Assembly (NCBI GenBank): GCA_049322335.1
Contig: JBMORL010000020.1
Location: 58,482 to 122,481, forward strand
Reading direction: 5' to 3'
DNA from: Bacteroidota bacterium
GTDB taxonomy: Bacteria; Bacteroidota; Bacteroidia; Flavobacteriales_D; UBA2798
DNA length: 64,000 nucleotides
The notes under the pieces are model-generated. The model searched no databases, had not been told where the DNA came from, and saw nothing but the letters and a program-made list of their open reading frames with translations. Position 1 is the stretch's first letter; each line of letters starts with the position of its first letter. This document shows positions 42,010 to 53,000 of the stretch, in pieces. A program made the translations under genes and the position numbers.

Positions 42010-45000
42010 TTATTTAATGAGTGAAATATTTCCTGATTGAACTACGGTTTCCCCATTATCAAGCACAGCGCTCAGGTAATAGAAGAATACCGCCCCATTC
42101 ATGGGTTTGTCTCTTAATGTTCCGTCCCAGCAAATGTTGGTGCTGGTGGTTTCAAATACTTTTTCTCCCCAGCGGTCGAATATCTGGAAGTTAAGTTCAA
42201 TGATACAGCCTCCCATCACGCATAACTTATCATTGGCATAATCTCCGTTTGGAGAAAATGCATTGGGAACAAATATTTTTCCGCAAGGAAGATCTACATA
42301 TACGGTAATGGAATCGGTTCCCACACAACCACTGGCATCGGTGCCGGTTACGTAATATGTAGTAGTGGTGGTTGGAGAAGCGTATGGGCTCTGACAGTTA
42401 GTACAGCTTAATCCTGTAGCAGGTGACCACACATAGGAAACTCCACCGGTAGCAGAAATTTGAATGCTGTCACCCTGTTCAATAGTTACATCCGATCCGG
42501 CATTGATATTGGCAGCCGTTACAGTTCCCACTACAGTTGATGCAGTGTCGGAACAACCGTTACCATCCGTAACAATCACCGTATAGTTTCCGGCTGTTAA
42601 TCCTGATGCTGTTGCAGCCGATCCTCCCGAAGGCGACCATGCATACGAATATGATCCTGTTCCACCGGTTACTGTTGCGGTAGCCGAACCATCAGCAGCA
42701 GCACAGTTGGCTGGTGTTGCAGAAACAGAAGTGGAAAGTGCAGCGGGTTGTGTAATAGTAACAGAAATGGCATTTGAACATCCCGCCTGGTCGGTTACTG
42801 TGGCTATCCATGTTCCTGCAGGAAGATTGGTGGCTGTTGTGCCGGTTTGTGAAGGCGTGGTGTTCCATGTAGTGGTTAATGTTCCGGTTCCTCCGCTGGC
42901 AGAAATAGTAGCGGTTCCGTCTGCATCACCGTTACAGGTAACATTGGTTTGTGAAGTCAAACTAACGGTGGGCCCACCTGAGTTGCCCACAGGAACGTTC
43001 AATGTTACCTGGCAACCATTGGCATCTGTTGCAGTTGCCACATAAGTTCCGGCCGCAAGATTATTAGCGGTTAATCCTGTTTGCCCGGGAGTGGTGTTCC
43101 ATGTTACTGTGATTGCTCCTGTTCCGCCACTGGCAGATACGGTAGCCGATCCGTCACTTTGTCCGCAGGTAGCGGGAGTAGTGGATGAAAGGGTAAGTGA
43201 AATGGCGGTTGGTTCTGTAATGGTTACACTAACGGTGGTCGTACAGCTATTGGCATCGGTTATAGTACAAATCCATGTGCCGGGAGGAAGATTGGAAGCT
43301 GTTTGCCCGGTTTGAACGGGAGTGGTATTCCACGAATAGGAAAGTGTTCCGGTTCCCCCGCTTCCGGTTACGGTAGCGGCACCATCGTTGTCACCATTAC
43401 AGGAAACGTTGGTTTGCGAAGTTAAACTTCCGGTAGGCCCGCCTGTATTGTTGATGGTTACGTTTACAGTAGTAGTACAGCTGGCTGCATCGGTTATGGT
43501 AATAACATACGAACCTGCGGCAAGCCCTATTACGTTATATGATCCGCCTGAAGCAGCAATTTCAGTTCCTGCAGGATTTCCGGTGGAAGGCCCGGTCCAG
43601 CTCACATTATATCCGGCTGTTCCACCGGTTGCAGTAATGGTTACTGATCCGTTGCTGTTACCGCATGAAGCCGCTGTAATATTGGAACTGCTTCCTGTGG
43701 GGCCACCGGAGTTATTGATTGTTACACTAACGGTAGTCGTACATCCGTTAGCATCAGTTATGGTTACTGTATAGGAACCTGCGGCAAGCCCCGACATGTT
43801 ATATGAGCCTCCCGAAGACGCAATTTCTGTTCCCGCAGGATTTCCGGTTGACGGGCCTGTCCAGCTCACGTTGTATCCGGCTGTTCCGCCCGTTGCTGTG
43901 ATGGTAACAGCACCGTTACTGCTTCCGCAACTGGCGGGAGTATTTCCCGAGCTGCTTCCTGCCAATGCAGCTGCAGGTTGAGTAATGGTAATGGTTGTGG
44001 AACCGGGACACCCATTATTATCTGTAACGTTGAGTGTATAGGTGCCAGCGGGTAAATTGGTAAATGCCTGCGACCCGGCTATGTTATTGAAAGTGGCTAC
44101 CGTTGTTGCGCCATTCATCAATACATAATCATATGGGCCTGTTCCCCCGGAAGTGGAAGCGGAAAAACTTCCTGTAGATTGTCCGAAGCAAAGTACGTTC
44201 ACCTGCGAAGAGGTGGACACCGTTAGTGCAGGACAACCTGTACACATCGGCAATGTTCCGGGTCCTGTGATATCGAATGTGGTTCCTGCATTGTCAACCA
44301 CCTGCATAGGATAAGTACCTGTAGGAGTAATAGTGGGTCCTGTTCCGATAAGCACCCAGCCTGCGGGGGTATTACATGTATTTACAGGCGTAACACCATT
44401 CAAACATTGTCCGAAAAACCAGGTATAGCTGGCGTTGCAGGCGGTACATTCAGCCTGGGTGGTAATAGGAGTTGATCCACCGGGAAACCATTCGTACCAG
44501 TTATAGGGTCCTGTTCCGCCACTTACTGTGTAATCACCGTTTGCTTCCTGGCAAACAGAAAGAGGCGAACAGTTATTTACTACAATGGTAATGGACTCGG
44601 AACCGCAGGCGAGTGTGTAAGTAATGGTATGAGTTCCTACACCTGCTGTTGCGGGATTGAATACACCTGTAGACGCATTTATACATGCACCGCAGGAAGC
44701 AGAAAATGTTCCACCTGTAGTACTTTCAGTAATGGCAAAAGGAGCATCTGTTGTACACACTGGATTTTCAGGACAGATGGTTGCATCGCAGCAAACGATA
44801 GCTTGCGGTGCGCAGGCTGACGCTGCAAAAGATTGAACAGAACCTGTTCGTGAAGCCGAACCCGAATTTCCGGTAGAACCGCAGGCGATTACGTCTCCTG
44901 CTGTACTAACTTCCACGTCATATACGTTGAATGTAGTGGCAAAGCTTCCGGTTTGAGTAAGGTTTTGATCGAATTTGTAAACTCCGTTGGTGGATCCTAC

Positions 45001-46677
45001 GAAAATATTTCCGCAGTTGTCGATGGAAATACCGCTGCAACCTACATTGTTTCCTCCGAAGCCTCCGTTATATGATCCTCCCGGAATAGCTACTGTTGCA
45101 ACTACAGCGGCTGTAGCAAAATTTCTTTTTTGTAACTGGTTACCGCGGTGAACAAAAACGAAACCGTTATAATGTTCGAGTGCCTGGATACCGGAATTGT
45201 TGTATCTCCAGTTTTCACATTTGTAGCCAAGGTCAATTCCGTTGCTGGTATGGAAGGCGGCACCACCACCCTGGTTACAAATACTAAGGCTTTGGTGAAT
45301 GTATCCGATTGTATCGTGGGAAAGGAAATAATATTTTGCATTATTGCAGGGAGTAATAGCGCGTATTTCCTGGTCGTTGAATAATACGCTTTCGTGCACC
45401 TGTACAGAGGTAAGAACGTTACCGCTGTTCATATCGATGTCAAAAATATAAGGCTTTGGCCCTCCGAAAGCGAAGCCGTCTGTTCCACCCACAACCAGTT
45501 TGGTTTGATCGCAGTTGAATGTGATAGTCCAGAATTCTGTAAGTGCTAAAAGTCCACCCGGGTTAGGATTGTTCCACACTACACCACCGGCCGTATTTAC
45601 TTTTACCATAGCGGCAGCCGACCCGTTTGAAACATAAGAATTTCCTGCATTATCAGTAGCAAACGTTCCCAGCCAGGCGGTAGTATCATAAGGAGTATTG
45701 TAAGTCCATTGAATAGCGCCTGCAGAATTATATTTAATAAGCTGCATAGGAGAAGTTCCCCCGATGATATATACGTTTCCTGTGCCGTCACGTTCGGTTT
45801 CCCACACGCTATCCCAGTTGGTAGCAGGAAAATTGGGCGACTGTGTCCATGGATCGATAATGATCGTTTGGTTTTTATCGTATCCATCCACACGGAAAGT
45901 GATGACATTATCTTTTACTTCATATTTCGATTCAATAACCTGGTTTTTTGACCGTGCATAAAAGGTAAGCGGTGCGTGATCGGTGATGTTTCCAAAAATA
46001 GTAGAAGTGGAAATGGTTCCGTTGGCATTAAGAACTGCATTTTTGGAGTACTGAAGTTTTACCTGAGAAATATCTCCTCCCGGATGTACAACAATGGAAT
46101 ACTTAAATCCGCCTTCAGGGTAAAACTCGTACACTACATCAATATTATCGTAAAGATTTTTGTAGGTGAGTTTTTTATAAGAGGGAATATAATTTTCGTT
46201 TACGTCTTTTCCGTTTTTATCATAAAAAGAGTAGCTGTGATAAAAACTATTTTTTTCTTCAGGAATAATTATCACATTTTCGTTTGCGCCTATCCATATT
46301 GCTGAAAGTTCATCTTGTTTTACTTCGAGGCGGTTTCCTTCGTTTTCAAATTCAAGCCATTCCTGACGGTTGGCGAATCCCTGTTTTTTTCTTTCTTTAC
46401 GTGCTGCTTTTTCTTCTTCTGTTTTCTGGCGTTTTTCGCGGGTAAACAAAACCACTTTCACTCCTGTTTTGGTAAACTGGTATTGTTCGTTATAACTGTC
46501 GGACGAATAAAGTATTTCTTTCCCGTCAGCAGAAACAAACTGGCCGCGGTTTTCAATAAACCCTTTAATCGTTCTCGGATCATGTTTCCATGATGTGCTT
46601 TGTGCATTTGCGCTGTAGAATAAAAGCGCAGATAAAAAATAAAAGAGCATCAAAGCAAGTACATTTTTTATTTTCAT
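42010..46677 (-). CDS. Giant cell-surface adhesin with SprB-type repeats and type B T9SS C-terminal domain
   Basis: Track ORF 42010..46848. The ATG at 46677 gives MKIKNVLALMLFYFLSALLFYSANAQ. It contains many ~75-88 aa Cys-bracketed repeats (CFGQSTGSFSASTSGGTGPYDY..). The C-terminus FVPNAFSPNGDYANDKLCV..IFDRWGEKVFE..CWDGT is the gliding-motility-associated CTD (TIGR04131-type). Confidence 0.85.
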   Translation of the reverse strand: MKIKNVLALMLFYFLSALLFYSANAQSTSWKHDPRTIKGFIENRGQFVSADGKEILYSSDSYNEQYQFTKTGVKVVLFTREKRQKTEEEKAARKERKKQGFANRQEWLEFENEGNRLEVKQDELSAIWIGANENVIIIPEEKNSFYHSYSFYDKNGKDVNENYIPSYKKLTYKNLYDNIDVVYEFYPEGGFKYSIVVHPGGDISQVKLQYSKNAVLNANGTISTSTIFGNITDHAPLTFYARSKNQVIESKYEVKDNVITFRVDGYDKNQTIIIDPWTQSPNFPATNWDSVWETERDGTGNVYIIGGTSPMQLIKYNSAGAIQWTYNTPYDTTAWLGTFATDNAGNSYVSNGSAAAMVKVNTAGGVVWNNPNPGGLLALTEFWTITFNCDQTKLVVGGTDGFAFGGPKPYIFDIDMNSGNVLTSVQVHESVLFNDQEIRAITPCNNAKYYFLSHDTIGYIHQSLSICNQGGGAAFHTSNGIDLGYKCENWRYNNSGIQALEHYNGFVFVHRGNQLQKRNFATAAVVATVAIPGGSYNGGFGGNNVGCSGISIDNCGNIFVGSTNGVYKFDQNLTQTGSFATTFNVYDVEVSTAGDVIACGSTGNSGSASRTGSVQSFAASACAPQAIVCCDATICPENPVCTTDAPFAITESTTGGTFSASCGACINASTGVFNPATAGVGTHTITYTLACGSESITIVVNNCSPLSVCQEANGDYTVSGGTGPYNWYEWFPGGSTPITTQAECTACNASYTWFFGQCLNGVTPVNTCNTPAGWVLIGTGPTITPTGTYPMQVVDNAGTTFDITGPGTLPMCTGCPALTVSTSSQVNVLCFGQSTGSFSASTSGGTGPYDYVLMNGATTVATFNNIAGSQAFTNLPAGTYTLNVTDNNGCPGSTTITITQPAAALAGSSSGNTPASCGSSNGAVTITATGGTAGYNVSWTGPSTGNPAGTEIASSGGSYNMSGLAAGSYTVTITDANGCTTTVSVTINNSGGPTGSSSNITAASCGNSNGSVTITATGGTAGYNVSWTGPSTGNPAGTEIAASGGSYNVIGLAAGSYVITITDAASCTTTVNVTINNTGGPTGSLTSQTNVSCNGDNDGAATVTGSGGTGTLSYSWNTTPVQTGQTASNLPPGTWICTITDANSCTTTVSVTITEPTAISLTLSSTTPATCGQSDGSATVSASGGTGAITVTWNTTPGQTGLTANNLAAGTYVATATDANGCQVTLNVPVGNSGGPTVSLTSQTNVTCNGDADGTATISASGGTGTLTTTWNTTPSQTGTTATNLPAGTWIATVTDQAGCSNAISVTITQPAALSTSVSATPANCAAADGSATATVTGGTGSYSYAWSPSGGSAATASGLTAGNYTVIVTDGNGCSDTASTVVGTVTAANINAGSDVTIEQGDSIQISATGGVSYVWSPATGLSCTNCQSPYASPTTTTTYYVTGTDASGCVGTDSITVYVDLPCGKIFVPNAFSPNGDYANDKLCVMGGCIIELNFQIFDRWGEKVFETTSTNICWDGTLRDKPMNGAVFFYYLSAVLDNGETVVQSGNISLIK
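43432..43959 (-). repeat. Two near-identical 264-bp (88-aa) tandem units inside the adhesin gene
   Basis: GSSSGNTPASCGSSNGAVTITATGGTAGYNVSWTGPSTGNPAGTEIASSGGSYNMSGLAAGSYTVTITDANGCTTTVSVTINNSGGPT is followed by GSSSNITAASCGNSNGSVTITATGGTAGYNVSWTGPSTGNPAGTEIAASGGSYNVIGLAAGSYVITITDAASCTTTVNVTINNTGGPT. Unit boundaries were mapped by hand to codons at 43957-43959 and 43432-43434. Confidence 0.85.
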
Positions 46678-46766
46678 AGTACGGTTATTTTGAAATTCGT
46701 ATTCCGGTTTTTCGTTGATATTCGCTTCCATTTTTTCGGTTTTTACAGATGGTTTTACTGTAAAAA

Positions 46767-46774
46767 CAAAGGTA
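46767..46774 (-). promoter_or_regulatory. Candidate -7 box (TAccTTTG on the minus strand) for the 42010..46677 adhesin gene
   Basis: Plus-strand CAAAGGTA at 46767-46774 lies ~90 nt upstream of the ATG at 46677. It is a single motif match with no clear -33 element. Confidence 0.25.
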
Positions 46775-47111
46775 GTTTTCGTGTTTTCGCAGCTAAGGGG
46801 GCCACCCCCTCTTTCGTTTACTTCACTTTTTCTTTTACCGAAAATCAACCAAATGTTTAATTCACAACAGAAAATGAGGCTTGTTTTTCCTTGTTAAACT
46901 ACTGATTTTCAATTATTTATTTTAATGGCGGGGATAAAGGCCGGATGGACAGTAATTTTTGTAATTTTAGTAAGTAGTCCATGCAGTTTTTTGAAGCGGA
47001 TATTCGTCATTAAAATAAACAAATGACCTGCTGCAAAGGCAAAACCACTTGTTTTTTGTAAAGAACGAAAATTACGGTTTTGTGATTCTTTGCAGCAGTG
47101 TCATTTTTATC

Positions 47112-49052
47112 TTACAAAAACTTCACCTCCACCCTTCGGTTAACGGCATGTTGTTCGTCAGGGCAATCGATTTGTTTTTTACAATTATTCAATAATTTCT
47201 TTTCTCCGTAACCAACAGGCACGAGTCTTGATTTATCGATTCCTTTACTCACCAGGTAATCAAAACAAGATTGTGCTCTTTTTTTGGACAGATTAAGGTT
47301 ATAGGCATCCTTACCAACGGCATCTGTGTGCGCACTGAGTTCAATTCGTGCAGCCGGATTTTCCTTAAGGAAAGCAACGATATTGTCCAGTATTCCGAAT
47401 GATTCAGGCTTAATGCTGGCCTTATCGAAATCGAAATAAATATTATCAATACGCACCACGTTATCTTTTTTAACAATCGGACTCATGTAAACGGGGCTGA
47501 GTTTTGATTTTTCTTCGTTGCGTTTCAGATCACCAACTTCATTTACGCTGGAGACAGTACGTTTTTCAGTTTCATAATTTTCGAGTGTATACACCACTTT
47601 ATACTTCTTTTCCGGATCGATGAGAAATTCCCATTTTCCATCCTGTTTGGTGAGCATATGATTAACCGATGTTTCGGTTCCGTCATCTGCTACCAGGAAC
47701 AATTCTACTTTTACATCTTTCACTGTTTTGTTGGTGATTTTATCCAACACCACTCCGCGAATAGTGTCGGGAACATATTTCTTTTTGAAATAGTAGATAT
47801 AATCGTAACCGTTGTCCCCTTCGCGATTGGAAGAAAAATACCCGTCTTTTCCACCGGGAGTAATTACGAATGAGAAATCATCTTTGGGAGAATTCCAGGG
47901 TTTGCCTGCATTTTCGATATTACTTGCGGTTCCGTTTTTGTAAGTGGCAGAAAAAATATCCAGGCCGCCATATCCGGGTAATCCGCGGGAGGAGAAATAA
48001 AGTTTTTCTCCCTGCACAAAAGGATAAATTTCATCACGGTCGGTATTTACTGCAGAACCCAGGTTTTTCGGAGTTCCCCATGTATTATCTGCATTTTTGG
48101 TGGAAGAATAAATATCAAATCCGCCAAATCCACCCGGCATATCAGAAGCAAAATAAATAGTGTTTCCATCGGGAGATATAAAAGGAAAAGCACAGGAATA
48201 TTCATTGGAATTGAAAGTAAGTTCCTGGACATTTTCCCAGGAAGTTCCTACCAGTTCGGCACGATACACTTTCAGTACATTCATTCCCGATTTACTCAAT
48301 CCTTCTTTGTTGGCCTGTTTGGGTTTATATTTTTCTGTTTCAGAGGCGTTGGATGTAAAAAACAGCCATTTTCCGTCAGCACTAACGCTGGGCGTGCCTT
48401 CGTAGTAAGACCGGTTGGTTTTTCCGCTCAGAACAACAGGCGCCCCGAAAGTGATGGAGTCTCGTGAAGATGCTGAAACGAGGTCATAAAAAATGGTTTT
48501 AGTGGAAAAATCCTGTGATTGCGGGCTGGCGAAAATCAAACCACTTTGATAAAGACAAACACCCATGCTTCTTCCACCGGTTTCAATATTGGTTTTAAAG
48601 GTATTGTATTTAGCTACTTTGTTTTTATTGTTATCGGGCCATTTGCACATTTGCTCATATTTCGAATACAGTTGCGTTTTTCCTGCTTTATCACAATATG
48701 CCTTAAAAATTTCGGCCGCCTTTGAATACTGCTCAAGCGACATCAGAATTTCAGCATACTCGTAAATATTCTCAGCTGTATTCTCTTCTTTAAACTCCAT
48801 GAGCCTGGCATACCACTCAGCAGCATTTTTATAATCAAACAACCGCTTATAGGTTTTGGCCACTTGCTGTGTCATATAGAATTTTTTCACTACTACACTT
48901 TCTTCCAGTGCCAGTTTATAGCTGGCAATAGCTTCGCGGTAAAGCTTCTGGCGATAATACTCGTCTCCTTCTTCCAGGTGTTTGCGTTGTCCATAACTGA
49001 TATTGGACACCAGCAGTGAAATCAGCAACCAAAAAATGTATTTTGTTTTCAT
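47112..49052 (-). CDS. OmpA-family protein with N-terminal TPR, PD40/TolB-like repeats and CarboxypepD_reg-like domain
   Basis: Signal peptide. PD40-like repeats are WLFFTSNASE, IYFASDMPGGFGGFDIYSS, LYFSSRGLPGYGGLDIFSA and GYFSSNREGDNGYDYIY. A beta-sandwich IRGVVLDKITNKTVKDVKVELF follows. The C-terminal OmpA block is IYFDFDKASIKPES..ELSAHTDAVGKDAYNLNLSKKRAQSC..GYGE. Confidence 0.85.
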   Translation of the reverse strand: MKTKYIFWLLISLLVSNISYGQRKHLEEGDEYYRQKLYREAIASYKLALEESVVVKKFYMTQQVAKTYKRLFDYKNAAEWYARLMEFKEENTAENIYEYAEILMSLEQYSKAAEIFKAYCDKAGKTQLYSKYEQMCKWPDNNKNKVAKYNTFKTNIETGGRSMGVCLYQSGLIFASPQSQDFSTKTIFYDLVSASSRDSITFGAPVVLSGKTNRSYYEGTPSVSADGKWLFFTSNASETEKYKPKQANKEGLSKSGMNVLKVYRAELVGTSWENVQELTFNSNEYSCAFPFISPDGNTIYFASDMPGGFGGFDIYSSTKNADNTWGTPKNLGSAVNTDRDEIYPFVQGEKLYFSSRGLPGYGGLDIFSATYKNGTASNIENAGKPWNSPKDDFSFVITPGGKDGYFSSNREGDNGYDYIYYFKKKYVPDTIRGVVLDKITNKTVKDVKVELFLVADDGTETSVNHMLTKQDGKWEFLIDPEKKYKVVYTLENYETEKRTVSSVNEVGDLKRNEEKSKLSPVYMSPIVKKDNVVRIDNIYFDFDKASIKPESFGILDNIVAFLKENPAARIELSAHTDAVGKDAYNLNLSKKRAQSCFDYLVSKGIDKSRLVPVGYGEKKLLNNCKKQIDCPDEQHAVNRRVEVKFL

Positions 49053-49071
49053 AATCGATTAATCTTTTAAA

Positions 49072-50013
49072 TCAAAAGCGCGGAGGCTCAACAACAGCTG
49101 TTGCCTTAACGGGAACAAGATTGAAAATAACCATGATCTCATGGCTTCCGTTGGAATAGTTTCCTATCTGGTCGAAATTAAAATCATACCCATAAGCAAT
49201 TTTCCATGAAGGATGCACCTGGAAATTAACAAGGCCGATCAGTTCTTTACTGGTACGATAAGAGGCTCCTATTCCGAATTTTTTATTGAATACTCCCATT
49301 ACATTCCCGTCCAATTGCATAGGTGCGCCCGATACATTTTTTACCATGGTAGAAACATTCAGGTCGAATTTTTCAGATACTTTAAATGAATATCCTGCAT
49401 TCAGGTAGTAGTGGATGGCTTTTGCATTGAATTCTGTTTTTCCCTGGTACTCGGTAGCATAAATAATTTTATTTTCGAGAAGATTGGGGACAGAAAAACC
49501 GGCATAGAATTTTGGCGTGAAAAAATACAGGCCTGCTTTGAAATTGGGCATAGCAAAGGTAGGCGTAGCTGAAGTAAATACAGGATCATTGGGCTGTGTC
49601 GTCTGGAAATTGGAAAAATCACTGTTCAGCAATGATAGCGTTCCGCTAACACCAAATGCCAAATATTTATTCAATCCCACTTTTGCGCGATAGGCATAGG
49701 TTCCTGTGATCTCGATATTCCGGTTTACACCGATCTTATCATGTAACACAGTTAAACCTGCAGCATTTTTTCCACCTGCAAAAGGAAGATTAAAATTTAA
49801 TCCCTGCAAAACGGGTGCACCGTTAAAACCAGTCCATTGTGTCCGATAAAATGCTGCGCCATTCATTTTATTACTGTTGGCAATAGCTGCAGGATTTACA
49901 AAACCGTGGTGCAGCATATACTGGCTCACCAAAAACTGGTTTTGCGATTTTGATTCTTTCCCCAGCATACACACAGCCAGGACAGAAAGCGTAATATATT
50001 TTATTGTTTTCAT
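49072..50013 (-). CDS. PorP/SprF family type IX secretion membrane protein
   Basis: Signal peptide then FLVSQYMLHHGFVNPAAIA. It is 313 aa and beta-barrel-like, and lies 24 nt downstream of the second adhesin gene. Confidence 0.85.
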   Translation of the reverse strand: MKTIKYITLSVLAVCMLGKESKSQNQFLVSQYMLHHGFVNPAAIANSNKMNGAAFYRTQWTGFNGAPVLQGLNFNLPFAGGKNAAGLTVLHDKIGVNRNIEITGTYAYRAKVGLNKYLAFGVSGTLSLLNSDFSNFQTTQPNDPVFTSATPTFAMPNFKAGLYFFTPKFYAGFSVPNLLENKIIYATEYQGKTEFNAKAIHYYLNAGYSFKVSEKFDLNVSTMVKNVSGAPMQLDGNVMGVFNKKFGIGASYRTSKELIGLVNFQVHPSWKIAYGYDFNFDQIGNYSNGSHEIMVIFNLVPVKATAVVEPPRF

Positions 50014-50037
50014 AACCGTTTTTCTTTTCTGTTACAA

Positions 50038-53000
50038 TTATTGTCTTCTCAGTTCAAGCGATCCCCTGAGTGCTTCTTCAGAAGGAGTTAACTTCAGGAT
50101 ATAGAAATATGTTCCGTCAATTACTTCATCGCCCGACACTACCCGTTTGGGATTGTTGGTTTCTCCTCCCCAGTCGTTGTTATAGGGTTTGGCGTGAAAA
50201 ATAAGTTCGCCCCAACGGTTGTATATCCATAATTCGTTTTCGGGATATTTACTTAACCCGGGAATGACAAACTCATCGTTTATACCATCTCCGTTAGGTG
50301 AGAATCCATCAGGAATATCTATTACAATTTCCTCGGTAACACGAATCACAATAATGGCCGTATCACAATAAGTGCTGCAAAATGCATCACAGATCGTATA
50401 TACAATAGTGTCGTTACCGATGTATCCGTTGTTAGGGTCATAGGTAACGTTTGTTCCCGATACGTTAGCTGTTCCGTTGGAAGGCCCGCTCAGAATAGTT
50501 ACCGTATTGATGGTTCCGCCATCGTTGGCTGCGGCATCAACCGTTACCGTTAAAGTAGTTTCCACGCTGGTGGAATCATCATTGGCATTAAGCGCGCCTG
50601 CATTATAGATGGTAACCGTAACGCTGTCGGTATCCGTACAACCTGCTGTATTGGTTACCAGTACAGAATAGGTTTGGGTTGAAGCAGGTGAAACACTGAT
50701 GGAAGCTGTTGTTTCGGTTGTGCTCCACAGGTAATTTCCTCCACCGGTAGCGGTGAGGGTAGCTGCATCACCCGGACAAATCTGCTGATCAGTACCTGCA
50801 TCTGCAACGGGAAGCGCATTTACAACGATGGTGATATCGTCTCTTCCGCCCAGGTTAATACATCCGTTGCTGTTTTCTGCTTCAACATAATAGGTATAGG
50901 TTCCTGCTCCGGGAGTAAGGGTAAGTGGCGTGGTTCCAAGAAGATTTCCTCCTGCGGCAGCGTCATATACGTTATAAGTTACGCCTCCACCCGATCCGCT
51001 GGCAGTTATTGTTACTGATTCTCCTGCACAAATACTGGTGTCGGTAGCCGCTACTGTAGGATCAAGCGGTGACGAATTTACGATGATATCCTGCGTAACG
51101 GCATCCTGGCAAGGACTAACGCCCACCGTATAAGTGATGCTAACCGTTCCCGACAGACCTGTAGGATCAAAAGAGTTTCCGGTTACCCCGGTTCCGCTCC
51201 ATGTTCCACCGGCTGTTCCTGTGATAAGTGAGTTGAGGTTAACCATTCCATCCGATTCACACATTGTGCCGGGTGAAGTCCACGAAGCTGTGATGACCGA
51301 CTGAACGGAAATAGATTGCGTGGAAGTTTGAACACAAGGAGCAGTTCCAACAGAATAAGTAATGTTTATTGTTTGTCCGCCTAATCCAGTCGGATCAAAA
51401 GTACTTCCGGTAACTCCGGTTCCGCTCCATGTTCCGCCAGATGTTCCTGTAACAAGAGCATCAAGATTAATTGGGCCTGCGGGGATACAGGTTGCGCCCG
51501 GACTTGTCCATGAAGGATCAGCAACAGGCAGTACGGTAATAGTTGTAGCAACGGTTCCACCGCTATTTATGCAACCAGCCGTACTTACTGCTTCAACATA
51601 ATAAGTAGTGGTTGAAGTCGGACTAACGGTAAGCGGAGTTGTGCCGAGTAATGTTCCGCTACTGGCAGCATCATATACGTTAAATGTAGCTCCACCTGTT
51701 CCACTGGCGTTTATGGTAGTGGATTGTCCCTGGCAGATAGTATCTGTTGTTGGAGTTACTGTTGGTGATGCGGGGGCATTATTTACCGTTACTGTTACTG
51801 TAGCTGTGGCGTTAGCACAAGGGGCTGTTCCTGTAACAGTATAAGTATAAGTTCCGGCTGTATTGGTTCCGGGAGTAAAGGTTCCTAACGATCCGCCTGT
51901 TAAAGCAGATGGACCGCTCCATGTTCCGCTACCGGAAGGAGTACCTCCGAGGGAGCTGAACAAATTGATAGCCGATCCGTTCGAACAAACAGATGCTGTA
52001 CCATTGGTTCCGGCATTAGGAGCTGTGTTGATGGTAACCGTTACTGTTGCCGTTGCATTAGCGCAGGGTGCGGTTCCTGTTACAGTATAAGTATATGTTC
52101 CGGCTGTATTGGTTCCGGGAGTAAAGGTTCCTAACGATCCGCCCGTTAAAGCAGATGGGCCGCTCCATGTTCCACCGGCTGATGGTGTTCCTCCCAGCGA
52201 ACTGAAAAGATTTACAGCCGATCCATTGGAACATACTGTAACTGATCCATTGGTTCCTGCATTGGGTGCAGTATTTTCTGTAACCGTTACTGTGGCAGTA
52301 GCATTTGTACAGGGAGCTGTTCCTGTTACAGTATAGGTATATGTACCGGGCGCACAGGTGGCAGGGTTATAGGTTCCTAACGATCCGCCCCCAAGCGCAG
52401 ATGGGCCGGTCCATGTTCCGCCTGCTGATGGTGTTCCACCCAATGAACTAAAGAGGTTAGCAGAGGCACTGTTGGAACAGAAAGTAGCCGTTCCGTTAGT
52501 TCCGGCATTAGGCGCGGTATTTTCAGTTACAGTAACAGTAGCCGTTGCATTGGCGCAGGGTGCGGTGCCGGTTACTGTATAGGTATATGTTCCGGGTGCG
52601 CAGGTGGCGGGGTTGTAGGTTCCTAACGATCCGCCCCCAAGCGCAGATGGGCCCGTCCATGTTCCGCCTGCTGATGGTGTTCCGCCAAGTGAGCTGAACA
52701 GGTTGGCTGACGCACTGGTGGAGCAAAAAGCAGCTGTTCCGTTGGTTCCGGCATTAGGTGCAGTATTTACTGTTACTGTTACGGTAGCCGTGGCATTGGT
52801 ACAGGGTGCGGTACCGGTAACGGTGTAGGTATAGGTTCCTGCTGTATTGGTTCCGGGAGTAAAAGTTCCTAACGATCCGCCCGTTAAAGCAGATGGACCC
52901 GTCCAGGTTCCGCCTGCCTGCGGAGTTCCGCCAAGAGAGCTGAAGAGGTTGGCTGCAGCGCCATTGGAACAGAAAGTTGCTGTTCCGTTGGATCCGGCAT

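Noticed and set aside
42707-43981. Series of plus-strand ORFs inside the first adhesin gene (42707, 43091, 43388, 43796).
   Set aside because: They are antisense shadows of Thr/Gly/Ala/Val-rich repeat codons. Their periodicity mirrors the sense-strand repeats, and the sense ORF is continuous with a signal peptide and T9SS CTD.
46925-47027. Short plus-strand ORF (~33 aa, MAGIKAGWTVIFVILV..) in the spacer between the OmpA-family gene and the first adhesin gene.
   Set aside because: It has no promoter or terminator logic, lies opposite to all flanking transcription, and the region is better explained as a terminator hairpin plus a long 5' leader.
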